This document shows, piece by piece, positions 26,430 through 35,878 of a DNA stretch of 59,118 bases. The stretch is from Candidatus Eiseniibacteriota bacterium (lineage in GTDB: Bacteria > Eisenbacteria > RBG-16-71-46 > DASYSL01): positions 1 to 59,118 of the forward strand of contig JANPEF010000049.1 in the NCBI GenBank assembly GCA_031431875.1, read 5' to 3'. The position numbers and the translations under genes were made by a program. Under the pieces are notes generated by a model. That model did not search any database. It saw only the letters and a list, made by a program, of their open reading frames with translations, and was not told the origin of the DNA. Each line of letters opens with the position of its first letter. Position 1 is the stretch's first letter.

Positions 26430-27958
26430 CACACGTCGAAGTGCACACCCTGGGCGAGCGGCAGGTCGCGCCCGTAGTTGATCGTCACGGTCTGGCGGCG
26501 CATGTAGGCCTGCCACGAGTTCGAGCCCGCCTCGCGACCACCGCCGGTATCCTTCTCGCCGCCGAACGCCCCGCCGATCTCGGCGCCCGAGGTACCGATG
26601 TTCACGTTCGCGATCCCGCAGTCGGAGCCCTGCGCCGAAAGGAACTTCTCCGCGGCAAGCACGTCGCGGGTAAAGATCGCCGACGACAGACCCTGGGGCA
26701 CGCCGTTGTTGACGGCGATCGCCTCGTCGAGATCGGCCACCTCGATCACGTAGAGGATCGGCGCGAACGTCTCTTCGTGGACGATCTTCATGTCGGCCCG
26801 CGCCTTGACGATCGTCGGCTCGACGAAGTGCCCGGGGCGTTCGAGCTTCTTCCCGCCGTAGAGGATCGTGCCGCCTTCGGCCTGCACCTGCTTCAGCGCC
26901 TCTTCGTAGTCGGCCACGGCGTGCTCGTCGACGAGCGGGCCCATCAGCGTGCCCGGATCGATCGGATCGCCGATGCGGATCGAGCCGTAGACCTTCTTCA
27001 GGCGGTCGACCATGGTCGCCGCGACGCCTTTCTGGACGACGAGACGGCGCGTCGTCGTGCAGCGCTGGCCGGCGGTCCCGCAGGCGGCGAACGTCACCGC
27101 GCGCACGGCGAGATCGAGGTCCGCGTCGTCGAGCACGACGATCGCGTTGTTGCCGCCGAGTTCGAGAATCGTCTTGCCCATCCGCGGCCCGACCACGCCC
27201 GCGATGCGGCGGCCCATCCGCGTCGAGCCGGTGGCCGAGATGAGCGGAATGCGGGCATCGGCGAGCATGCGCTCGCCCACTTCGGAGACCGGGCCCATGA
27301 CCAGGCCGAACACGCCCGGGAAGCCCTCGGCGGCGAGCACGCGATCGGCGATCGCCTGCACCGCGACGGCGCACAGCGGCACCTTGTGCGACGGCTTCCA
27401 CACGACAGTGTCGCCGCAGACGGCGGCGAGCGCGGCGTTCCATGCCCACACCGCGACCGGGAAATTGAACGCGGTGATGACGCCCACGACGCCCAGCGGC
27501 TGCCACTGCTCGTACATGCGATGCGACGGGCGTTCGCTGTGCATCGACAGCCCGTAGAGCTGGCGCGACAGGCCCACCGCGTAGTCGCAGATGTCGATCA
27601 TCTCCTGCACTTCGCCCAGGCCCTCGGAAAGGATCTTCCCGTTCTCGAGCGCCACCAGGGAGCCGAGGTCCGCCTTGTGCTCGCGCAGCGCGTTGCCGAG
27701 CAGGCGGATGACCTCGCCGCGACGCGGCGCCGGGACGTTGCGCCAGGTCTCGAAGGTCTTTGCCGCGGTGGCGACGACGGTCTCGTAGTCGGCCGCGGTC
27801 GCCTGGCGCACGGCGGCCAGCGGCTCGCCGGTGGCGGGGTTGAAGGAGACGACCTCGTCGCCCTTCGTCTCGAGCCAGTGCCCGGCGGAGGCACCCGAGT
27901 TGACGGGACGGATACCCAGGCGCTCGAGGACGGCGCCCGCGGAAACGATGGTGCTCAT
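26429..27958 (-). CDS. Aldehyde dehydrogenase family 7 (antiquitin / alpha-aminoadipic semialdehyde dehydrogenase-like)
   Basis: EGLGEVQEMIDICD.AVGLSRQL, ITAFNFPVAVWAWN, LELGGNNA, GTAGQRCTT, SDCGIANVNIGTSGAEIGGAFGGEK.TGGGRE.GS. Confidence 0.94.
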   Translation of the reverse strand: MSTIVSAGAVLERLGIRPVNSGASAGHWLETKGDEVVSFNPATGEPLAAVRQATAADYETVVATAAKTFETWRNVPAPRRGEVIRLLGNALREHKADLGSLVALENGKILSEGLGEVQEMIDICDYAVGLSRQLYGLSMHSERPSHRMYEQWQPLGVVGVITAFNFPVAVWAWNAALAAVCGDTVVWKPSHKVPLCAVAVQAIADRVLAAEGFPGVFGLVMGPVSEVGERMLADARIPLISATGSTRMGRRIAGVVGPRMGKTILELGGNNAIVVLDDADLDLAVRAVTFAACGTAGQRCTTTRRLVVQKGVAATMVDRLKKVYGSIRIGDPIDPGTLMGPLVDEHAVADYEEALKQVQAEGGTILYGGKKLERPGHFVEPTIVKARADMKIVHEETFAPILYVIEVADLDEAIAVNNGVPQGLSSAIFTRDVLAAEKFLSAQGSDCGIANVNIGTSGAEIGGAFGGEKDTGGGREAGSNSWQAYMRRQTVTINYGRDLPLAQGVHFDV

Positions 27959-28043
27959 GGGGTACGACCTCCGCGATCGGGGGCTGGGGCAGGAAGACGG
28001 CGACGCGCCGGGCCCGCGTGGACCGCGTCAGGGTACCACAGGG

Positions 28044-29342
28044 TCAGGAGCGCGCGAGGAGCCAGCCGGCCCACGCCACGCCGACGACAAACAGCAATCC
28101 CGGCACCGTCGCCAGCGCGAAGGAGCGGGTTCCTGCGGCTACGGCGACGATGATCTTCGAGATGGTGTTCGTCGTCATGCCGACGAGGACCGCGAACGCG
28201 GCCTCGGCCGGCTCGATCCTTCCGGCCGCGGCGAGCGACGCGGACGAGTTGGCGGCCGCGTGCGCGTCGGCGAAGCCCGAAAGGCCGGCCGCGAGGAGCA
28301 ATCCGCGCGAGCCGATCCACGCGGTCACGAGCCCGGTGAGGATCAGGATCGCGCTGACCAGACCCGCGAAGAGGAGCGCCGTGCGCAGGTCGAAGGCGTG
28401 CCCGCCGGACCCCACGTCCTCGTCCGCGGCCGCCCGCGACGCAGCCGCGGACGCGCGGCCCCGTCGTCGCCGCGCGGCGACGAGGGCGAACAGCGCGCCG
28501 TACGCGACCGCCGCCGTGGCCGCCGCCGCGAGCGGGAGTGCGAGCACCCGCAGCGTGGCGACGCTCGTGAGCCCGAGCACGACGCCGAGCTGGAGGACCG
28601 TGGCCACCGTCGAGAGGACGGCGCCCGCGGTCGCCTCGTGGCGCAAGGCGGGGACCGTGCGCGCCCGCGCGCCCAGGCTCCCGATCGTCGCCGTGCTCGA
28701 GATGAAGCCGCCGGCGAATCCCGCCAGCGGCAGGCCGGCGCGCGGCCCCAGCGCCCGGATCGCGACGTAGCCCAGGCCACCGATCGCGAGCACGACGACG
28801 ACCAGGCGCCACACGCTGCGCGGGTTGAACACTTCGTAGGGGCCGAACCCGCGGTCCGGCGTCAGCGGGAGCACGACGAGCGCCGCCGCCGCAAAGACGA
28901 GCAGGTCGTGCAGCTCGCGCTCGCTGAGCACGCGGCGAACGAAGCGATGGAGCGCCCCCCTCGCGGCGAGGAGCGCGGTCACGACGACGCCGATACCCGC
29001 GGCGAGCGCGGGTTCGCGCATCGCGAGCCCGCCGAGCAGGAACGTGGTGAGAAGCGCGACCTCGGTCGTCAAGCCGGGGTCCTTCGCGTCCGTCCGCACG
29101 TAGGAAAGTGCGGTCATCACCGAGACGAACGCGCCGGCGAGCGCGAAGATGACGAGGCCCGGCAGCATGGCGGAGAGTCCGCCGACCAGCGCGACGAGCG
29201 CGAACGTGCGGATGCCGGCCGCCGACAGCGTCGTGCTCTCGCCCTTCCTGCGCTCGCGCTCGAGCCCGACGAGCAGGCCGATGCCGAGCGCGACCGCGAG
29301 CCGGAGCGCGAGGACGCCGGAAGTGAGTTCCCCGGAAAGCAC
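28044..29342 (-). CDS. MgtC/SapB family membrane protein with DUF4010
   Basis: ALGIGLLVGLERER..AGIRTF, GLTTEVA, LPD..GP...NP..W, GGFISSTAT, GFADAH, NTISK. Confidence 0.9.
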   Translation of the reverse strand: MLSGELTSGVLALRLAVALGIGLLVGLERERRKGESTTLSAAGIRTFALVALVGGLSAMLPGLVIFALAGAFVSVMTALSYVRTDAKDPGLTTEVALLTTFLLGGLAMREPALAAGIGVVVTALLAARGALHRFVRRVLSERELHDLLVFAAAALVVLPLTPDRGFGPYEVFNPRSVWRLVVVVLAIGGLGYVAIRALGPRAGLPLAGFAGGFISSTATIGSLGARARTVPALRHEATAGAVLSTVATVLQLGVVLGLTSVATLRVLALPLAAAATAAVAYGALFALVAARRRRGRASAAASRAAADEDVGSGGHAFDLRTALLFAGLVSAILILTGLVTAWIGSRGLLLAAGLSGFADAHAAANSSASLAAAGRIEPAEAAFAVLVGMTTNTISKIIVAVAAGTRSFALATVPGLLFVVGVAWAGWLLARS

Positions 29343-29354
29343 GCGCGTCGTGCC

Positions 29355-29885
29355 TCAGCCCCGTCCGACCGCGGCGCGCGCCTGTTCGATCTGCGCCACG
29401 TGGTGATCGCCATGCCAGGCATAGAGCGCCAGCAGCCAGTCGAGCGAGCGCGGCTCGGCCTGCTCCGGGTGGCGGAACGTGCGCGCGAAGTCGTCGTCGC
29501 CCATGCCGCCCAACAGGATCACCCAGCGCTCGTGCAGGGCCTCGAGCAGCCGCAGGGAAACGTCGACCGGCGCCGTGCGCGAGTCGACGAGTTCCGCCCA
29601 CGCCGCCTCGTCGTAGGGCTTGATGAGCGGGGCGTCCTCGGTGAGCGCCAGGCGAAAGCGCACGAACGCATTGAGATGACTGTCCGGCAGGTGATGGGCG
29701 ACCTGGCGAATCGTCCAGCCCCCCTCGCGATAGGTGCGTTCGAGGGCCGGCTCGTCGAGAGCGGAGACGGCGGCTCGCAGGCGCCCGGGCGTTGCGGCGA
29801 TCCGGGCGATCCACGCGGCCCGCTTCTCGGGGTTGGATGATCCGTCGAAGATGAAGCGGCCCAACGGGTAACGGGGATCGCTCAT
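29355..29885 (-). CDS. YfiT/BstA-like DinB-family thiol transferase
   Basis: RYPLG, YREGGWTIRQVAHHLPDSHLNA..RF.LALTE..P.IKPYDE..WA, YAWHGDHH. Confidence 0.92.
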   Translation of the reverse strand: MSDPRYPLGRFIFDGSSNPEKRAAWIARIAATPGRLRAAVSALDEPALERTYREGGWTIRQVAHHLPDSHLNAFVRFRLALTEDAPLIKPYDEAAWAELVDSRTAPVDVSLRLLEALHERWVILLGGMGDDDFARTFRHPEQAEPRSLDWLLALYAWHGDHHVAQIEQARAAVGRG

Positions 29886-30139
29886 GTCGTCTCCGGGTGG
29901 ACGCAAGGCGCACCGGAAAGTCCCGGTGGCCAACGAATTCGATTGCCGAAGCGTGGATTCTTCCGCTATCCTTACGGCCTTGATGTGAACGGTGCCTGTT
30001 CCCCTGCGGGCACATCCATTCGGACGCCCGGATCGTAACGCTTTCGGCCCGCCCGGCCTTGATTCGATTCGAAGTCCTGACCGATCTGCCTTACTCGACG
30101 TGCGTGTCGATGCAGTCCTTACATTCAGCGGGAGCCCCG

Positions 30140-31048
30140 ATGAAGCCGGCGATCATTCGTGTCACCTCCTTCCTGTTCACTTTCGTGATCCTTCTCGCCG
30201 GTCCGGCTGCAGCCGTCGATGCGCCGGTCGTCACCGTCCTGCTGTCGAAGCCCGGCTCCGTGCGCCTCATGGTGAGTGCGGGCGCCAGTGGCGCGCCGGC
30301 CGGTTTCACCATCGACCGCATGAGCCAGGGCGATTACGATGCATTCGGCGGGTGGGCCACCTCGATCGCCACCAGCCGGGTCATGAGCTCGTTCGAGGGT
30401 CGGCCGACTTTCAACATCGAGGGTACCGCCGACGACTACCGCCTCGCTGCTGGCGAAGGTATCGAAGTCGAGCTCGGCCAGCTGTTCGACGAGACGGGCG
30501 TCGGCGCGACCGACTACGAGGAGCTGGATGCCTCGACCTCGTACGTCTTCCGCATCCGCGCCAACAACCTGTCCGGCGGCCAGCCCAGCCCCTACACCGA
30601 GACGATGTCGGTGACGAGCGCCGGCCTGGCGCAGAACTGCACCTACACGCAGGGCTACTGGAAGAACCACACCGAGGTGTGGCCGACCGGCAGCCTGATG
30701 ATCGGCACCGTCAACTACAGCGCCGCACAGCTGTTGGCGATCTTCCAGCAGCCGGCCCAGGGCAACAAGCTGACGATCCTGGCGCACCAGTTGATCGCGG
30801 CGAAGCTGAACCTGGCGAACGGCGCGAACCCGGTCTCGATCGCGGCGACGATTGCGGCGGCCGAGGCCCTGATCGGCGGCCTGGTCATCGCTCCGATCGG
30901 CAACGGCTCCCTGCCGACCAACCCCGCGACCGGCTACGCCAACACCCTGGATGACTTCAACAATGGCCTGATCGGCCCGGGACACTGCGGCTCGGTCCCG
31001 GCGACGGCCTCGACCTGGGGCACGGTCAAGGCGATCTACCACCACTAG
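30140..31048 (+). CDS. Secreted protein (FN3-like domain + TQGYWKNH helical domain + TWG-x-VK tail), paralog 1
   Basis: GGAG then ATG at 30140. Signal peptide. L.ASTSYVFRIRA is FN3-like. CTYTQGYWKNH..LAHQLIAAKLN..LDDFNNG..GHC. Ends VPATASTWGTVKAIYHH. Confidence 0.8.
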   Translation: MKPAIIRVTSFLFTFVILLAGPAAAVDAPVVTVLLSKPGSVRLMVSAGASGAPAGFTIDRMSQGDYDAFGGWATSIATSRVMSSFEGRPTFNIEGTADDYRLAAGEGIEVELGQLFDETGVGATDYEELDASTSYVFRIRANNLSGGQPSPYTETMSVTSAGLAQNCTYTQGYWKNHTEVWPTGSLMIGTVNYSAAQLLAIFQQPAQGNKLTILAHQLIAAKLNLANGANPVSIAATIAAAEALIGGLVIAPIGNGSLPTNPATGYANTLDDFNNGLIGPGHCGSVPATASTWGTVKAIYHH

Positions 31049-31072
31049 GCCTCGGGCTCGTACAGCCGCCCG

Positions 31073-31108
31073 AACGGGGGCGGGGGGACGCACCCCCCCG
31101 CCCCCGTT
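31073..31108 (+). terminator. Intrinsic terminator
   Basis: 15-bp perfect stem AACGGGGGCGGGGGG / CCCCCCGCCCCCGTT followed by TCGTTT. Confidence 0.8.
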
Positions 31109-31358
31109 TCGTTTCCCCGGACAAATTGTCCCTTTACTTCCTGTTTCAATCTGCGATAGTTTCTCCCAACCGAAATCAGGGCGTTCGATCTCCCCATCGG
31201 ACGGCGGGTCGGTACATCGATTTTGTCGAACTCCAGGATTCGTCCGCTGTCCCTGATTCCGTCCGGAATCGCCGCCCCCGGCGATTCGCAGTTGCCTGGT
31301 TGTTGGTTGATTGTGCGTTGAGAACGCAGGATTTCGACCCCCCTTAAGGAGAGACTCC

Positions 31359-32276
31359 ATGAAGCTGAATCGCGTACGCATGTTGGTTGCAGCCGCCGTC
31401 GGACTGTTCGTCGCCGCCGGACCGGTCGCCGCCCAGACCCTCGACGCTCCGCTGGTCAACGCGATGCAGAGCAAGCCGAGCTCGGTCCGCCTCATGGTCA
31501 TTGCCGGCGCGAGCGGTGCTCCGTCCGGCTTCGAGGTGCAGTGGATCACGAAGGCCGAGTTCGACCTGCTCGGCGGCTTCCCCGCCGACGGCGTCGCCTC
31601 GACGCTGGTCGAGGGCACGTTCACCGGCGCCCCGACGTTCAACACCGAGGGCACCGCCAACTCCTACATCCTGGGACCCGCCGAGGGCATCGAGGTCGAG
31701 CTCGGTCAGCTGTTCGACGAGACCGGCGTTTTGGCCGACGACACGGACGAGCTCACGCCGGGCACGCAGTACGTCGTGCGCGTGCGCACCCAGGGCGCCG
31801 GCGCCGGTTCGCCGAGCGACTTCACCGACGCGATGATCGTCAACAGCTCGCCGCTGGCGGCTAATTGCACGTACACGCAGGGCTTCTGGAAAAACCACTT
31901 CGAGGTGTGGCCGGTGACCAGCCTCACGCTCGGCACCGTCAACTACACCGCGGCCGAGTTGCTGGCGATCTTCAACCAGCCCGCCGGGGGCAACAAGCTG
32001 ATCATCCTCGCGCACCAGCTGATCGCGGCGAAGCTGAACCTCGCCAACGGCGCCGATCCCAGCGCTGCGGCCGCGACGATCGCGGCGGCGGATGCGATCA
32101 TCGGTGCGCTGGTCGTCCCGCCCATCGGCGGCGACAACCTGCCGAACAGCCCGGCGGTCGGCTACGCGAACCTGCTCGACGACTTCAACAACGGCCTGAT
32201 CGGCCCGGGCCACTGCGGCACGGTGCCGGCCTCGGCCGCGACATGGGGCCAGGTGAAGTCGCTTTACCGCCAGTAA
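31359..32276 (+). CDS. Secreted protein, tandem paralog 2 of 30140..31048
   Basis: AAGGAG then ATG at 31359. Colinear with paralog 1 (SVRLMV.AGASGAP.GF, EGIEVELGQLFDETGV, CTYTQG.WKNH). Ends VPASAATWGQVKSLYRQ. Confidence 0.82.
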   Translation: MKLNRVRMLVAAAVGLFVAAGPVAAQTLDAPLVNAMQSKPSSVRLMVIAGASGAPSGFEVQWITKAEFDLLGGFPADGVASTLVEGTFTGAPTFNTEGTANSYILGPAEGIEVELGQLFDETGVLADDTDELTPGTQYVVRVRTQGAGAGSPSDFTDAMIVNSSPLAANCTYTQGFWKNHFEVWPVTSLTLGTVNYTAAELLAIFNQPAGGNKLIILAHQLIAAKLNLANGADPSAAAATIAAADAIIGALVVPPIGGDNLPNSPAVGYANLLDDFNNGLIGPGHCGTVPASAATWGQVKSLYRQ

Positions 32277-32301
32277 GCTCGGCTGACAGCGCGAATCATC
32301 C

Positions 32302-32335
32302 GGAAGGGCGGGGAGGACCATCTCCCCGCCCTTCC
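32302..32335 (+). terminator. Terminator-like hairpin
   Basis: 14-bp perfect stem GGAAGGGCGGGGAG / CTCCCCGCCCTTCC after the stop at 32276. Confidence 0.7.
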
Positions 32336-32352
32336 TGCTATTCTGGCCTCCT

Positions 32353-33423
32353 ATGACCACGCCCGCCGCCTCGCCCTCGCGTCCCGCCGTCCACCCGTCG
32401 CACGACTCGGCCTTCCTCCGGGCCTGCCGGCGCGAAGCGGTGCCCCACACGCCCGTCTGGCTCATGCGCCAGGCCGGGCGCTACATGCCCGAGTACCGCG
32501 CGATCCGCGCGAAGATGTCCATGCTCGAGTTGTGCAAGTCGCCCGACGTGGTGAGCGAGGTGACGTGCTTCGCGCGGCGCCGGATCGGCGCCGACGCGGC
32601 GATCCTGTTCGCCGACCTGCTGCTCATCGCCGAGCCACTCGGGCTGACGCTCACGTTCGCCGCCGGCGAGGGGCCCGGGCTCGAGCCCGCAGTGCGCGAC
32701 GCCGCCGCGGTCGACCGCCTGCGCGAGGTGGACCCGGCCGAGTTGTCGTACGTGTACGACGCCGTGCGCGCGGTCCGCCGCGATCTCGAACCAACGATCC
32801 CGCTGATCGGCTTCGCCGGCGCGCCATTCACCGTCGCCTCGTACCTGATCGAGGGCCGGGGCACGCGTCACTTCGACCAGGTGAAGGGCTTCATGTACCG
32901 CGACGAGGGCGCGTGGAACGCGCTGATGGCGAAGATCGTGCGCGGCACGATCGGCTACCTCGAGCGTCAGGTCGACGCCGGCTGCCAGGCGCTGCAGGTA
33001 TTCGACAGCTGGGTGGGCGCGCTGTCGCCGGCCGACTACCGTCGCTACGTGCTGCCGCACACGCGCGCGCTGTTTCAGGCCCTGCCCGCCGGCGTGCCCA
33101 CGATCCACTTCGGCACGAACACCGCGACGCTGCTGCCCGACCTGCGCGCCGCCGGTGGATCCGTGATCGGCTTCGACTGGCGCGTCGAGCTCGACCGCGC
33201 GTGGGAAGAGGTCGGCCACGACATCGCGGTGATGGGCAACCTCGACCCGCTGCTGCTGTTCGCCGAGATCCCCGTCCTCGAGCGCGAGGCCGACCGCATC
33301 CTCGGCGAGGCCGCCGGCCGCGCCGGACACATCTTCAACCTCGGGCATGGCATCCTGCCCGGCACCCCGGTCGATCACGTCGTGCGACTGATCGACCACG
33401 TCCATGAACGGAGTGGGCGGTGA
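32353..33423 (+). CDS. hemE: Uroporphyrinogen decarboxylase
   Basis: TPVWLMRQAGRYMPEYR, DAAILF.D, LIGFAGAPFT.ASY, GNLDP, HIFNLGHGI. Confidence 0.97.
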   Translation: MTTPAASPSRPAVHPSHDSAFLRACRREAVPHTPVWLMRQAGRYMPEYRAIRAKMSMLELCKSPDVVSEVTCFARRRIGADAAILFADLLLIAEPLGLTLTFAAGEGPGLEPAVRDAAAVDRLREVDPAELSYVYDAVRAVRRDLEPTIPLIGFAGAPFTVASYLIEGRGTRHFDQVKGFMYRDEGAWNALMAKIVRGTIGYLERQVDAGCQALQVFDSWVGALSPADYRRYVLPHTRALFQALPAGVPTIHFGTNTATLLPDLRAAGGSVIGFDWRVELDRAWEEVGHDIAVMGNLDPLLLFAEIPVLEREADRILGEAAGRAGHIFNLGHGILPGTPVDHVVRLIDHVHERSGR

Positions 33424-33445
33424 CCTTCCACCGTCCGGAGGCACC

Positions 33446-34408
33446 ATGACGTCCCCGGTCCCCATCGATTCGGTCCTGTTCATCGGCTTCGGCGGGCCGA
33501 CCGAGCCCGCGCACATCATGCCGTTCCTGCGCACCGTCGTGTTCGGTCGTGGCGTACCCGACGAGCGCCTCGTCGACGTCGAGCACCACTACATGGAGGT
33601 CGGCGGCCGCTCGCCCTACAACGAGCAGACCGAGGCGCAGCGCGCCGGCGTCGAGCGCTGGCTGCGCGTCCACGGGATCGACCTGCCGCTCTACGTCGGC
33701 ATGCGCAACTGGGACCCGCACATGAAGGACACGATCGCGCGCATGAACGCCGACGGGAAAAGGCACGCGCTCGGCGTCATCCTCGCGGCGCATCGCTCCG
33801 AGGTGAGCTGGGAGCGTTACATGGGCGATGTCGCCTGCGCCATCGCCGGGAACGCGGGCCTCGGCCCGCAGGTGACCTACCTCGAGCCATGGTTCGACCA
33901 CCCGCGCTTCTTCGAGGCGAACGCGCAGCTCATCGAGGAAGCGACCGGCGTGCACCGCGGCGCGTGGCCGGCCGACCTGCCCGTGATCTTCACCGCGCAT
34001 TCGATTCCCACCGCGATGGCCGAGCGCTCCACCTACCTGGCCGACATCACCGCCTCCTGCACGGGAGTGGCGAAGCTGCTGGACGCGAACGACTGGGAAC
34101 TGTGCTGGCAGAGCCGCTCGGGCGACCCGCGCACGCCGTGGCTCGAGCCCGACGTGAACGCGGTGCTGCGCCGCCGGCGCGCCGCGGGTGCCACTCGCGT
34201 CGTCGTTCAGGCGATCGGCTTCCTCTCCGATCACGTCGAGGTGCTGTTCGACCTCGATCGCGAGGCGCGGGACACCGCGGCCGAGATCGGGCTCACGCTC
34301 CACCGTGCACGCTGCGTCAACGACCATCCCGAGTTCACCACCATGATCGGCGAGCTGCTTGCCGCAGGCCTGGCCAGGGGCGGTGCGGCGGCAGCGCACA
34401 GCGACTGA
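33446..34408 (+). CDS. hemH: Ferrochelatase (HemH/CpfC-type)
   Basis: FGGP, HY..VGG.SP, GMRNW.P, FTAHSIP, WQSRSG....WLEPD, GFLSDHVEVLFDLD. GGAGG then ATG at 33446. Confidence 0.93.
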   Translation: MTSPVPIDSVLFIGFGGPTEPAHIMPFLRTVVFGRGVPDERLVDVEHHYMEVGGRSPYNEQTEAQRAGVERWLRVHGIDLPLYVGMRNWDPHMKDTIARMNADGKRHALGVILAAHRSEVSWERYMGDVACAIAGNAGLGPQVTYLEPWFDHPRFFEANAQLIEEATGVHRGAWPADLPVIFTAHSIPTAMAERSTYLADITASCTGVAKLLDANDWELCWQSRSGDPRTPWLEPDVNAVLRRRRAAGATRVVVQAIGFLSDHVEVLFDLDREARDTAAEIGLTLHRARCVNDHPEFTTMIGELLAAGLARGGAAAAHSD

Positions 34409-34410
34409 GC

Positions 34411-35853
34411 ATGCCTCCGTCGCCGCGGCGCATCGCGGTCGTCGGCGCCGGGATCACCGGCCTGGCGGCGGCGCACCACGTTCTCGAGCTCGCCGGCGGC
34501 GATGCCGCAGGCGGCGGCGCGACAGCGATCGAGGTCGCGCTCTTCGAGGCGAGCCCCCGAGCCGGTGGCATCGTCGCCACGTTTCACGGGGACGACGGAC
34601 TGCGGCTCGAGGACGGTCCCGACTCGTTCCTCACCGAGAAGCCCGCTGCACTCGGGCTCCTGCGCCGCCTCGGCCTCGAGTCGCGCGTCGTGGGCACCAA
34701 TCCGGCGTTCCGCACGAGCTTCGTCGTCGCGCAGGGCCGCCTGCGCCGCACGCCGCCGGGATTCCAGCTCCTCGCCCCGGTGCGCGCCCTGCCGTTCCTG
34801 AAGAGCCCGATCCTCTCGCCCTGGGGCCGCCTGCGCGCCCTGGCCGAGCCGCTCATCCCGCCGCGCACGCGCGACGTCGATGCGATCGTCGACGAGAGCC
34901 TGGGCGCATTCGTGCGCCGTCGCTTCGGCAGCGAACTGCTGTCGGCCATCGCCCAGCCGATGATCGGCGGCATCTACGGCGCCGACCCCGAGCGCCTGTC
35001 GCTGCTCGCCACCTTTCCCCGCTACCTGCGCCTCGAAGCCGAGCACGGCAGCGTGCTTCGCGGTTTGCGCGTCGCGCGCGTCGCCGAGGCCAGCGGGCCG
35101 CGCTACGGGCTGTTCGCCTCCCTCGCCGGTGGCATGCAGGAGCTCACCGATGCGCTCGCCGCCCGTCTGCCCAAGGGCGCGCTGCGCCTGCGCACGCCCG
35201 TAACGGGCCTGGCGCGCGAGGACGACCACTGGCTCGTCGCCACACCGACCGGCAACGAGCGCTTCGACGCCGTGATCCTGACGCTTGCCGCCCCCGCCAC
35301 CGGCCGCCTCGTCGCCGACTTCGACCGCGACCTGGGTCGGGCACTCGGCGGGTTCCCGCGCGGCTCCTCGGCCTGCGTCACGTTCGCCTTCCGCGCCGCC
35401 GACGTCGCCCACCCGCTCGACGGCGCCGGGTTCGTCGCGCCGCGCCGCGAAGGGTTCCTGCTGCTCGGTGCCTCGTTCGCGCACCGCAAGTTCGCTGACC
35501 GCGCCCCCGCGGACCGGGCGATCGTCCGCGCGTTCTTCGACGAGCGCGCCTTCAGCTTCGAAGACGCAGCGCTGGTCGCCCGGGCGCGTGCCGAACTCGC
35601 CGAACTGCTCGGCGTGGCGTCCGGGGCGGCCCCGTTCGCCCGGGTCGTGCGCTGGGAGAACGCCATGCCGCACTACCACGTCGGGCATCTCGATCGGGTG
35701 GCCGCGCTGCGCGCCCGGATGGCGGCCTGGCCGGGGTTGCAGCTGGCGGGGAATTCGTACGCGGGCGTCGGCCTCCCCGACTGCATCGCCGCGGGCGAGG
35801 CTGCGGCGGAGGCGGTCCTGGGCCGGGCCGGCGCGTTCCTCACTTGTGATTGA
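34411..35853 (+). CDS. hemY: HemY-type proto/coproporphyrinogen oxidase
   Basis: VVGAGITGLAAA, EDGPDSFLTEKP, GGIYGADP..LS, AMPHYHVGH, AGNSYAGVGLPDCI. Confidence 0.94.
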   Translation: MPPSPRRIAVVGAGITGLAAAHHVLELAGGDAAGGGATAIEVALFEASPRAGGIVATFHGDDGLRLEDGPDSFLTEKPAALGLLRRLGLESRVVGTNPAFRTSFVVAQGRLRRTPPGFQLLAPVRALPFLKSPILSPWGRLRALAEPLIPPRTRDVDAIVDESLGAFVRRRFGSELLSAIAQPMIGGIYGADPERLSLLATFPRYLRLEAEHGSVLRGLRVARVAEASGPRYGLFASLAGGMQELTDALAARLPKGALRLRTPVTGLAREDDHWLVATPTGNERFDAVILTLAAPATGRLVADFDRDLGRALGGFPRGSSACVTFAFRAADVAHPLDGAGFVAPRREGFLLLGASFAHRKFADRAPADRAIVRAFFDERAFSFEDAALVARARAELAELLGVASGAAPFARVVRWENAMPHYHVGHLDRVAALRARMAAWPGLQLAGNSYAGVGLPDCIAAGEAAAEAVLGRAGAFLTCD

Positions 35854-35878
35854 CGGGCGTCGGCGGCCCCCGTACAAT
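35850..35878 (+). promoter_or_regulatory. Near-consensus sigma70 promoter for the Kelch gene
   Basis: TTGACG-N17-TACAAT. The -35 element overlaps the hemY stop codon. Confidence 0.75.
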
